From an uncultured Candidatus Binatia bacterium (GTDB taxonomy: Bacteria; Desulfobacterota; Binatia; UBA9968; JAJDTQ01), in contig OZ244070.1 of NCBI GenBank assembly GCA_965215605.1, forward strand, positions 3,392,001 through 3,456,000: a stretch of DNA of 64,000 nt, in the 5' to 3' direction. A model generated the notes under the pieces. That model was not told the origin of the DNA, made no database searches, and saw nothing but the letters and a program-made list of their open reading frames with translations. Shown here one piece after another: positions 37,611-46,256 of this stretch (positions within the stretch are counted from its first letter, which is position 1; each line of letters begins with the position of its first letter). The position numbers were made by a program, and so were the translations under genes.

Positions 37611-38935
37611 GACGCCGCTTCCGGCGTGAACACGGTGCTTTCCTCGATTTCTTCCTCGAGCGCGTTGAGGGCGGTTTCGACGATGGACTTGCGCAGCTTC
37701 TCGTCGACCTCCGGCGGCAGGCTCGGGTCGCCGCAGGGATGGGGAATCTTGACGCCCTTGACGATGCGGCTGGCGCCCACCTGCTCCGCCAGCGGGAACA
37801 TGGCGCTGATCATCGACACGGGAACTCCGGCACGGTCCAGCTCTTTACTGATCACAGCTCCGCTGCGACTGCAGGTGCCTCACGTGCTCACCAACAGCAC
37901 GGCGTCCACGCTGTTGGCCTTGATCTCCGCGGCAATCTCCTGGCCCACGCGCTGCATGGCCGCGGGCGAGCCCTGGTTGCCGGGTATGACGTAGTAGGCG
38001 GGGTAGAGGTCCTCGTATTTCCCTTCCTGCTGAAGCTGCCGCAGGGCGTCCAGGGGAACCCCGTAGAGTGGATTCGCATTCATGTTGGCGACGTTGTAGC
38101 CGCCGTGCACGGCTTCCCACATGCCGGGCTCCATGGTCTTGAGCTCCGCCACCGGGTACTTGCGCCAGAACGTGTTGCGGAAGGTCTTGAATCCGTCCGG
38201 GTTCCCCCACGGCACCACTCCGCTGGTGGTGACCAGCGCGACCTTTGCCTTTCCCACCTCTTTCACCGCGGCGGCCGGCGCCACCCGGTCCCAGGTCTGC
38301 ATGGGAATCTCGGTGGCGAAGGCCCGGCCCTCGATCTTGTCGAGCAGCATGTCGAGGGCGCGGTCCGCTCCGGTCCGGCCGCTCTGCTCCTGGATCCGGA
38401 TGCCCCGGGACAGATAGCCCTCGTCCTCTGCCGCACCGACGGGATCTTCCCGCAGCCGCTTGAGGACGAACCGGGCCAGATCTTCCAGAGCCTTGCCCAT
38501 GCCGCCGGCGGTTTCGGTGGTGGGGAAGAGGAACAGCCGTGGGTCGTGGTATTCGCGGTAGGTGTCCACCGCCGGGTTGTCCTCGTGCATGGCGGTGACG
38601 CACACGCGGTCCAACTCGGCGGCTGCCATGTGGCCGATCTCGACACAGGCCAGACCGTAGCGGCCGGCATTGAACGCCGGTCCGAGCACGATCACTTCCG
38701 CCTCCGCCGCCGCGATCTCCTTCAAGAGGGCCGCCCGTGCTTCCTCGGGCTTCTCGTGAAAGTGGTTGTCGCCGAAGTAGATGGTGGGCGCCACCTCCGC
38801 TTCGCCCTGCAGCAGCCGTTGCAGCCCCCGCGACGGCCCGGCCAGGCTTTCAAGGGTTCCGGCGGCGACAGCCGCCTTCTCTTCGCCTCCGATGCCCGCA
38901 AAGAACTGGTTGACGACGTGTGCCACGCGTTTCAT
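37607..38935 (-). CDS. Glycine/betaine/sarcosine/D-proline reductase family selenoprotein B (GrdB-like), Sec at TGA 37880-37882
   Basis: HVVNQFFAGIGGEEKA, GPAFNAGRYG, GVVPWGNPD, HGGY; the frame continues through TGA as VST-U-GTCSRSG..ELDRAGVP..IPHPCGDP; 442 codons. Confidence 0.9.
37851..37882 (-). promoter_or_regulatory. Putative bacterial SECIS element
   Basis: UGA GGC ACC UGC AG followed by the hairpin UCGCAGC-GGA-GCUGUGA with G in the apical loop. Confidence 0.7.
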
Positions 38936-39070
38936 CACGGGCCTCCTTCCGGACGGGAGAATACGGTTTACACGGGGACTCGCCTTTGCGTATCCTCCAT
39001 TAGCATCTTCGCACAAGTTATGCACGGGTCTCATCCAACGATAAACCACACTCGACAACCCCGTCGCCGG

Positions 39071-40933
39071 ATGCTGCGATTCACCGTTGTCGCGCTGTTG
39101 GCGCTGGCCGCGGGCGGTTGTGGTCCAGACCGTCCCGGAGCGCCGGGCGCGGCCCGTGAAACGGAGGCCGTGGCGCGCGGGAACCTCCCGCACCTTCCGC
39201 CGCAACGGCCGGCGGATTCGGTCAACGCTCCCATGGCGTATCTCGGCCGATCCCTGCACGTGAACCCCGGAGTGGCGCCGGCGGCCGATGTTGTCCCCAT
39301 TGTGCGTGACCATGGGGGCGTCCGGGTGGCGTATGGGCGCGTCATCGACGGTGTGCACCGGGACGAGTTGACCCGCTATCTCGATGTGGAGGTGGAGACG
39401 ACTCCCGCCCCCTTGAAAGCCTTCCGGTTGAAGCGGACCGTAAGGGTCGTGGAGGGCGCAACCGTCGAGATGATGGACCACACCGTACGCGCGGTGCAGT
39501 TGATCAACGCGGCGCTGCCGCCGGAGGGGCGGCTCCGGTTCGACGATACCCCTGTCCCGATGGAATTCGTCGAGAGCCTGGAGGTTTCCTGCAAGGGTTT
39601 CGTGTGCGAAAGGCCCGGCGTTCCGCTTGGGGACATCTTGGTCCAGTTCGCGCCGGCGGAAGTCTGGTTGGGGCCGGAAAGAGCGAAGGAGAAGCCGCAT
39701 GTGTCGGGCCAGACGGTCCTCAACGGGTCCACCCGGAACTTCGATGCCGGGAGCCTGTCGAGTTGGGCGGGGCGGGTGTGGGTGGATCCTGTTCGAGCCA
39801 CAGGGGAAAGACGTCTGCTCGTGCTGGTCCACGAGTTGCTCCACACACTGGGGCGCGGGCATGCCGACGCCGAACGGTTCCCGGCATCGGTCATGCGTCC
39901 GGTGTCCGACTCGATACGGAGGGGCGAAATACTCTATCCATTGGATCGCGCGGCGCTGCTCGCGGCCTACCGGATGCTCGAACCATCCGCGACGCGGGGC
40001 GAGATCGCCCAGGCTCTGGGGTCCTGGGAGGATACGTCAACGCATGTCGCAGGCGAGTTGGATGGGGGAGGCGGAGACGCAAGGTTCGGTGTCGGGCTCC
40101 GGAACGGGCTGGCGCGGCCATGGGCTTCCGGATCGGCGCCGCGGACCGGTGTCGCGGAGAACGGGAGCCTCTCCGGGCGCGTCACTTGGTCGGGCCGTGT
40201 TCTGGGGTTCACCCGTGAGGGCGAGGCCGCCGCCGGCGCGGCGGAGCTCACGATCCGTCCGGATACCCTCGACGGCACGCTGCGCCTGACGGCGCTGGAG
40301 TCGTGGCCGGGCGGACAGCCGCCAGGGGCGGCGGGCACCGGGAGGCCGTTGCGCGAGGGGAATTCGACCTATCGTGTGGTCGTGCACGGGAACAGGTTCG
40401 TGGCCGACGGCGGCGACGCGGGTCAGGTCACCGGCGCGTTCTTCGGCGAGTTCCACGCGGGTATGGGCGGAGTCATGGAGCGGGACGGCCTCGTGGCGGG
40501 TTTCGGGGGAAGGCGATCGACGCCGCGCCGTGCCCGCCAGATCCTTGCCGGGCCGCGCCCTCGCCCAGGTTCACGTCGAGCTGGAGGAGGCGAGCCATGT
40601 GTCCGGCGCCAAATGGCTGACCCTCATGCGGCGGATCGTCCTCCCTCTGGTGTTGCCGGCGTTCATCGTGGCCCTGGCGATTCTCACGGTGGGCGGGCGT
40701 TGGACGGTGGCCCGCATGAGCCGCCGGCAGGAGTCGTGAGCCGGATAGACGCGGGAAGCTTGGTTGACGGCGGCAATGGCGCTACGTTATGGGGAACGTC
40801 TCGCGCCGGGATGGTGGAATGGGTAGACACACGGGACTTAAAATCCCGCGGGCCTCGGCCTGTGCCGGTTCAAGTCCGGCTCCCGGCACCAGAATCACGA
40901 ATCCAGCCGTCCACTCGTCATCCCTGCTCGTAA
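39071..40933 (+). CDS. Lipoprotein with metzincin zinc-protease motif and C-terminal beta-rich domain (natural end probably ~40519)
   Basis: LAAGGC lipobox-like signal; HELLHTLGRGH plus SVM Met-turn; after GFGGRR the frame runs through low-complexity sequence and across the tRNA. Confidence 0.65.
   Translation: MLRFTVVALLALAAGGCGPDRPGAPGAARETEAVARGNLPHLPPQRPADSVNAPMAYLGRSLHVNPGVAPAADVVPIVRDHGGVRVAYGRVIDGVHRDELTRYLDVEVETTPAPLKAFRLKRTVRVVEGATVEMMDHTVRAVQLINAALPPEGRLRFDDTPVPMEFVESLEVSCKGFVCERPGVPLGDILVQFAPAEVWLGPERAKEKPHVSGQTVLNGSTRNFDAGSLSSWAGRVWVDPVRATGERRLLVLVHELLHTLGRGHADAERFPASVMRPVSDSIRRGEILYPLDRAALLAAYRMLEPSATRGEIAQALGSWEDTSTHVAGELDGGGGDARFGVGLRNGLARPWASGSAPRTGVAENGSLSGRVTWSGRVLGFTREGEAAAGAAELTIRPDTLDGTLRLTALESWPGGQPPGAAGTGRPLREGNSTYRVVVHGNRFVADGGDAGQVTGAFFGEFHAGMGGVMERDGLVAGFGGRRSTPRRARQILAGPRPRPGSRRAGGGEPCVRRQMADPHAADRPPSGVAGVHRGPGDSHGGRALDGGPHEPPAGVVSRIDAGSLVDGGNGATLWGTSRAGMVEWVDTRDLKSRGPRPVPVQVRLPAPESRIQPSTRHPCS
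40557..40739 (+). pseudogene. Fragment of an ABC permease (FbpB-like)
   Basis: ALAQVHVELEEASHVSGAKWLTLMRRIVLPLVLPA matches an EAA loop; no start or N-terminal part. Confidence 0.65.
40805..40891 (+). tRNA. tRNA-Leu(TAA)
   Basis: GCCGGGA/TCCCGGC acceptor stem, anticodon arm CGGGA-CTTAAAA-TCCCG, long variable arm, GGTTCAAGTCC, ACCA end. Confidence 0.96.
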
Positions 40934-42852
40934 AGGATCTCACCCGTCTCGCCGGTGTCGTAACCGCCGAGGGAGTGCATGGCTCGCCGGAATCCCTCGG
41001 AGCGGACCACCGCCAGCAGCGTGGCCCCGGCGGACGACTCGTAGAAGGGCCGCAACATCAGAAGATCGTATTGCTCGTCGCCTACCGGAATGAAATCCAA
41101 CTCAAGGGCATCGGCGGCCGAAAGAATACCCAGCCCGGCGTCGGCGAGGCCGCTGGCAACGGCAACGGCGACGGCCATGTGCGTGAACTCTTCGTGCTCG
41201 TAGCCCTGGATGGCGCTCGCATCCATGTCGAGTTGTGCGAGCTTGTAGTCCAGCAGTACCCGTGTACCCGAGCCCGGTTGGCGGTTGACGAACCGCAGGC
41301 CCGTCTTTCCCAAGTCGGCGATGCCCGACACTCCCTTGGGATTGCCGCGGGGGACCAGCAGGCCCTGCCGGCGCCTGACGCAGTGCACGAGGACGGCGGG
41401 CAACCCTGGAAGCACCCGCTTGATGTCCGGGACGTTGTAGGCGCCGGTGGCCGGGTCCAGCAGGTGGGTGCCTGCCATGTGCGTCTCGCCGCGGCGGATG
41501 GAATGCAGTCCGCCGAGGCTGCCGACGTTGGCGGTGGCGATCTTGAGCCGCGGGTCCAGGCGCTTGAGCTGATCTTCCAGCACGCTGATGGAGAGGTCGT
41601 GGCTGCCGGTGCACAGGACCGTGTGCTCCACTTCTTCGGGTGAGCGCAACAGCTCGACGTCCACCTCCTCGCCGGCGTTGATGCCCTCCACCATTCCCGG
41701 AATCCGCAGGAAGCCGTCGGCCCGCACCATGGTGCTGATGACGCCCGCTCCCCGCGCCAGCGGCACGGCCAGGAGCCTTTCTCCGACTCTTCCCAGGGTG
41801 ACCCGGACGAACTCCTCCAGGCCCAGCCGGGAGGGGATCTTCCGGGGCGCAACGGCGCGCACCCGCGCGGGAGAGGCGGGGCCCGCGCCCAGAAGGCGTT
41901 GCAACGCGGGCTGGAGGATCTCCCGGGCGATGACGATGGCGGAGACGGGGTAGCCGGGGATGCCGATGACGGGCCGGCCCGCCGCCACTCCCAGGACGGC
42001 AGGTTTGCCGGGCATGACCTCGATGCCGTGCACCAGGAGCTCCCCCGCGCCGTCGATGACCTCGGCGGTGAAGTCGTGCTCGCCGGCCGACGAACCGGCG
42101 ATGAGCGCCACCAGATGGTTTTCTCTCAAGGCTTCGCCCAGGGCCTGTTTCAGCAGGGCGGGGTCGTCAGGGACGGCGGGAAGGACCGCCGGCGCGCCGC
42201 CGCATTCGGTGACCATGGCCGCCAGCACGGTGGAATTGAAATCGATGATCTGGCCGGCCGCGGCCGGCTCCCCCGGAGCGGTGATCTCGTCGCCGGTGGG
42301 CAGGATCGCAACCCTGGGACGCGCCCTGACCCGCACGGTGGTGTGGCCCGCCGCCAGGATGGCGCCGAGGTCGTAGGGCCTCAGGCGGTGGCTGCGCGGC
42401 AAAAGCAGCTCGGTGGCCACCACGTCCTCGCCCACCAGGCGCACGTTCTGCCACGGGGTGGCGGCCTGGTCGATGGACACGGTGTCCTCATCGACCTCCC
42501 GCACCTGCTCGATCATGATCACCGCGTTGGCCCAGGGCGGCAGCGGCTGGCCGGTGTCCAGGTAGGCGAACCGGCGGCGCGGCGCGGCCTCGTCCGCGAG
42601 CCGCCGGAACTCGCGGGGGGCGAATTCCGTGGCTCCGAACGTGTCCTCCGCCCGCACGCAGATCCCGTCCATGGCGGACCCGTGGTAGTGCGGCGAGGAA
42701 ATCTTCGCAAACACCGGCTCGGCGGTGACCCGGTGGAGCGCCTGGCCGACGTCCACCGTCTCGTCCTCCAGGCCGGTTTCGTCAACGCGGCTCAGGAACA
42801 GCTCGCGCGCCTGCTCCAGGGGGGTTTTCTTGAGGTACCGTTTTCGCGCCAT
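40918..42852 (-). CDS. Molybdopterin biosynthesis MoeA fused to a PBP-type substrate-binding domain
   Basis: SAMDG, PTGDE, MPGKP, PGYPVS, then GSHD, GSLGG, GTHLLD, NRQPGSGTR. Confidence 0.92.
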   Translation of the reverse strand: MARKRYLKKTPLEQARELFLSRVDETGLEDETVDVGQALHRVTAEPVFAKISSPHYHGSAMDGICVRAEDTFGATEFAPREFRRLADEAAPRRRFAYLDTGQPLPPWANAVIMIEQVREVDEDTVSIDQAATPWQNVRLVGEDVVATELLLPRSHRLRPYDLGAILAAGHTTVRVRARPRVAILPTGDEITAPGEPAAAGQIIDFNSTVLAAMVTECGGAPAVLPAVPDDPALLKQALGEALRENHLVALIAGSSAGEHDFTAEVIDGAGELLVHGIEVMPGKPAVLGVAAGRPVIGIPGYPVSAIVIAREILQPALQRLLGAGPASPARVRAVAPRKIPSRLGLEEFVRVTLGRVGERLLAVPLARGAGVISTMVRADGFLRIPGMVEGINAGEEVDVELLRSPEEVEHTVLCTGSHDLSISVLEDQLKRLDPRLKIATANVGSLGGLHSIRRGETHMAGTHLLDPATGAYNVPDIKRVLPGLPAVLVHCVRRRQGLLVPRGNPKGVSGIADLGKTGLRFVNRQPGSGTRVLLDYKLAQLDMDASAIQGYEHEEFTHMAVAVAVASGLADAGLGILSAADALELDFIPVGDEQYDLLMLRPFYESSAGATLLAVVRSEGFRRAMHSLGGYDTGETGEILYEQG

Positions 42853-42884
42853 GTGTCCCGGATACCGATTCAGAAAACAGGGTA

Positions 42885-44138
42885 TCAGAAAAGGAGCACC
42901 TCCACCTCTTCTCCCCGTTCCAGTCCTTCGCGGTTGAGGTCGATGCGGACCATGCCGTCGGCCTTGACCAATGTGAAGATGGCGCCCGACTTGCTCGGGA
43001 GCGGCGAGGCGTGGAGCGCGTCGCCGCGCCGTTCCAGGGTGACGCGGAGGTAGTCCTCGCGGCCGGTCTGCGACGACACGTTGGTGTCCATCACGGCCCG
43101 GACCGTGCTGCGCCGTGGGACCGCGGCCGGCGCGCTCTCGCCCGACAGGGCGCAGATCAACGGCGCCGCGAACAGGTCGAATATCACCAGCGCGGATACC
43201 GGATACCCCGGGAGCCCCAGCACGGGTTTGCCCGCGGCCCGGGCGTAGATGGTGGGTTTGCCCGGGCTGACGGAGATGCCGTGAAAGAGGATGCCGGCAT
43301 CGGGCAGCGACCGGATCGCGTCCACCGCCATGTCGCGGGCGCCCATGGAGCTGCCGCCGGACAGCAGCACCAGGTCGCCCCAGTCCAGTCCGGCGGCCAG
43401 CGCGGCGCGCAGGTCGCCGGCGTCATCGGCCACGACGCCGAGGTCGTTGAGATCTGCGCCGCACTCGGCCACGAGCCCCGCCAGCGCAGGCTGGTTGATG
43501 TTCCGCACCTGCCCGGGACGCGGCTCCCGGTCCGGAGCGACGATCTCGTCGCCGGTGGAGATGAGGGTCACGCGCGGCTTGCGGTAGACCGGCACCGAGG
43601 CTATGCCGATGCCGGTCAGCGCGCCGAGGTCGTGGGCCCGCAACCGGCGTCCACGGGCGAACACCGGGTCGCCAGCCTGGATGTCGTCGCCGACGCGGAT
43701 GACGTTGAGCCAGGGCGAGGCGGCCCGGTAGATCTCCACCGTACCGTCGCCGGTTTCCTCGGTGTGCTCGACCATCACCACGGCGTCGCTTCCGGGCGGG
43801 AGCATGCCGCCGGTGGAGATGCGCATGGCTTCGCGGGGGAGCAGCCGGCGGGTGACTTCCCGGCCCATCTCCACGGTTCCCGCCAGCGCCAGGTAGGCCG
43901 GCAGACCGGCACTGGCGCCGAAGGTGTCCCGGGCCAGGACGGCGTAACCGTCCATGCCGGCCCGGTCGAAGTGGGGCAGGTCGGCCCGGGAATGGAGGTC
44001 CTCGGCCAGGACGCGGCCCCGGGCCTCGACGGTGTCGACCGTCTCGGCGTCCACGGCGGACACCCGGCCAAGCAGGTCCAGGGCCTCCGCGGGCGTCACG
44101 ACCTTGAAGAAGGCCTTGGGGGTCGGGGGCGTGGGCAT
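42885..44138 (-). CDS. moeA: Molybdopterin molybdotransferase
   Basis: FDRAGMDGYA, STGGMLP, STGDEI, SGGSS.G, PGKPT, LPGYPVS. Confidence 0.93.
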   Translation of the reverse strand: MPTPPTPKAFFKVVTPAEALDLLGRVSAVDAETVDTVEARGRVLAEDLHSRADLPHFDRAGMDGYAVLARDTFGASAGLPAYLALAGTVEMGREVTRRLLPREAMRISTGGMLPPGSDAVVMVEHTEETGDGTVEIYRAASPWLNVIRVGDDIQAGDPVFARGRRLRAHDLGALTGIGIASVPVYRKPRVTLISTGDEIVAPDREPRPGQVRNINQPALAGLVAECGADLNDLGVVADDAGDLRAALAAGLDWGDLVLLSGGSSMGARDMAVDAIRSLPDAGILFHGISVSPGKPTIYARAAGKPVLGLPGYPVSALVIFDLFAAPLICALSGESAPAAVPRRSTVRAVMDTNVSSQTGREDYLRVTLERRGDALHASPLPSKSGAIFTLVKADGMVRIDLNREGLERGEEVEVLLF

Positions 44139-44187
44139 GGTGTCACGCGTGAGCGGGGCGGGGACCCGCCGAAACGCAACCGTGCCG

Positions 44188-45300
44188 TCAGCGCTGGGCC
44201 AACGGCACGTTGCCGAACTTCTCCCGTATCTCTTCGGCGATGTGGTCCAGGGCTTGGTCGCGTGTGTCGTAGAGACGCTTCAGGGTCCGCGGCGGTTGCT
44301 TGCCGATGGCGTAGGCCGTCATCAACGGCACGGCGATGGTGCTGTCGACGTAGCAGACCACCGAGTCGGGCAGTTGGTCCGGGTCCACCTTGCCCCAGCT
44401 CACCGCCTCCGCCGGAGTCGCTCCCGACAGGCCGCCGGTGTCCGCGCGCGCGTCGGTGATCTGGATGAAGTAGTCGAAGCCCTTCTCCTCCAGCCCGAGC
44501 ACCTCCTGGATGTGGGGCTCGGTCTGCAGCAGGAAGTTCTTGGGCGATCCGCCGCCGAGAATCACGGCCGCGCTGCGTCCACCCGCGCGCTTGGCTTCGA
44601 GCACCAGGGCGGCGGACTCGTTGACGTCGCGCGAGACGTCGAAGCGCAGGCCGTTGCCCTTGAGGGCCAGGGCGGCCACGTTCATGCCGATGGAGCTGTC
44701 TCCGGGCGACGACGTGTACACCGGCACGCCGCACCGGTAGGCGGCGGCCAGCAGCGAGCGCCGCTCGAGCCCCAGTATCTTCTCGCGTTCGTCAAGGTAC
44801 CGGCCCACCCGGTAGTGCATCTCCGCGGTTCCCATTTCTTTCTGGAACTCCGGGGCCTTCAGGATCTCGCGGAAGAAGTCGTCGGTGGAGATGAGCACGT
44901 CGTAGTCGAAGAAGATGTCGTAGATGCGCACCACGCCCTGGTCCCGCAGGTCCACGTCGTCCGCTTCGAAGCTGCCCCTGTGCATGGAAAGGCCGATGGC
45001 GAAGTGGGTGTCGTGGTAGAGGTTCGCGCCGGTGCTGACGATCCAGTCCACGAAGCCGTTCTCGATGAGCGGGATGAACGCGGTCATGCCGAGCCCGGCC
45101 GGGGTAAGCGCCCCGGTGATGCTCAGCCCCACGGTCACGTCATCCGCGAGGATCTTCTCGGTGAAGAGTTGACAGGCTTCCCGGAGGCGTCCGCTGTTGT
45201 AGGAAACGAAGTTGTCATCGATGAGGTCCACGATGGTGGTGGCCGCATCGATGGGTTTGGGGTCGATCTTCCTGCCGGAAAGGAGGGAAGGTTTGTTCAT
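44188..45300 (-). CDS. Deoxyhypusine synthase-like protein (probable homospermidine biosynthesis)
   Basis: [48 protein letters not shown] with catalytic Lys. Confidence 0.88.
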   Translation of the reverse strand: MNKPSLLSGRKIDPKPIDAATTIVDLIDDNFVSYNSGRLREACQLFTEKILADDVTVGLSITGALTPAGLGMTAFIPLIENGFVDWIVSTGANLYHDTHFAIGLSMHRGSFEADDVDLRDQGVVRIYDIFFDYDVLISTDDFFREILKAPEFQKEMGTAEMHYRVGRYLDEREKILGLERRSLLAAAYRCGVPVYTSSPGDSSIGMNVAALALKGNGLRFDVSRDVNESAALVLEAKRAGGRSAAVILGGGSPKNFLLQTEPHIQEVLGLEEKGFDYFIQITDARADTGGLSGATPAEAVSWGKVDPDQLPDSVVCYVDSTIAVPLMTAYAIGKQPPRTLKRLYDTRDQALDHIAEEIREKFGNVPLAQR

Positions 45301-45351
45301 GTTCGTGACGTCCAGAGGCAACCCCGGCCGTAGCGCGCCCCGGCCCTGGGC

Positions 45352-46086
45352 CTACGGCCCCGTGCCCCTGGCCTGCTCGAGCTTTTTCTGCCGGACTTGC
45401 AGATACGCGTTCCGTAGCGCGCCGTAAGGGTCGATGCTGCGTTCAAGCTCCTCGAACGCGTCCATGTTCCGGGCGCGGCTGTTGACCGTGTCCGCGACAC
45501 GGATGCTCAAGGGGACATAGAAGGGCGTCAGCCATGCGAGGGGATCCATCAACGAGTCCGCCACCGTCCCCAGTCCGTCTCTCACGGTGGTCACCGGCAG
45601 CAGCGGCAGCACGAGATAGGCGCCGTGGCTGGCCCCGTACAGCCCCAGCGTGATCCCCATGTCCTGGTCGCTGGGCGCCAGGCCCATCTTGTCCGCCACG
45701 TCGAAAAGCCCGGCGATCCCCAGGGTGGTGTTGATGAGGAAGCGGGCCGTCTCGCGGCCGGCCCCGACGGGCTTGCCTTGCAGGATGTTGTTGACGACCT
45801 TCCTGACCACCCCGAGATTGTCGACGGCATTGCGAATGCTCGTCTGCAACGGGGCCGGGACGACCGCGGCATAGCCCTGGGCCACGGGTTTCAGCACGGA
45901 TTCGTCGAACCCGGAGTTGAACTCGAAAACCCTGTAGTTGAACGACTCCGCCGGGTCGTAATGCGTGTCCCGGGTGCTCAGCTCATTGGAATCCGACGTG
46001 TCCCCGGCGTTGACTTGGGCGTCGGCCGGCTGGAGCATGGTCAGCGGCAATAGCAGAAGCAGAACGAACAGTCGGAGGGTTTGCAT
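45352..46086 (-). CDS. mlaA: VacJ/MlaA family protein
   Basis: DP.ESFN, FN, LKPVA.GY, RFLINTTLGIAGLFDVA, YLVLP, RD, DPY..RNAY. Confidence 0.88.
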   Translation of the reverse strand: MQTLRLFVLLLLLPLTMLQPADAQVNAGDTSDSNELSTRDTHYDPAESFNYRVFEFNSGFDESVLKPVAQGYAAVVPAPLQTSIRNAVDNLGVVRKVVNNILQGKPVGAGRETARFLINTTLGIAGLFDVADKMGLAPSDQDMGITLGLYGASHGAYLVLPLLPVTTVRDGLGTVADSLMDPLAWLTPFYVPLSIRVADTVNSRARNMDAFEELERSIDPYGALRNAYLQVRQKKLEQARGTGP

Positions 46087-46256
46087 GGGTGTCGGGTCCG
46101 GAAAAAGCTTGGCCGGGATACCATTACGAACCGCCGAAATCAACCGGTTGCGCCGTCGTCGCATCCGTGGCCGCCAGTTTCCAAACGTTGAAAACCCTCG
46201 GTGAATGGGATACTTTTGCGTAGCGTTCTGTCGATCGGGTATCAAGGAGCGGGTCC

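Noticed and set aside
37607-37855. Separate 82-aa ORF or a nonsense pseudogene
   Set aside because: In frame with the upstream ORF across a TGA in a UxxC motif with a SECIS-like hairpin; better explained as one selenoprotein
37739-39070. N-terminal 444 codons of the 1064-aa plus-strand ORF
   Set aside because: Antisense shadow of the GrdB-like gene; the credible start is the signal peptide at 39071
40805-40891. tRNA-Leu as a prophage or island attachment site
   Set aside because: No integrase and no duplicated tRNA 3' end seen in the window
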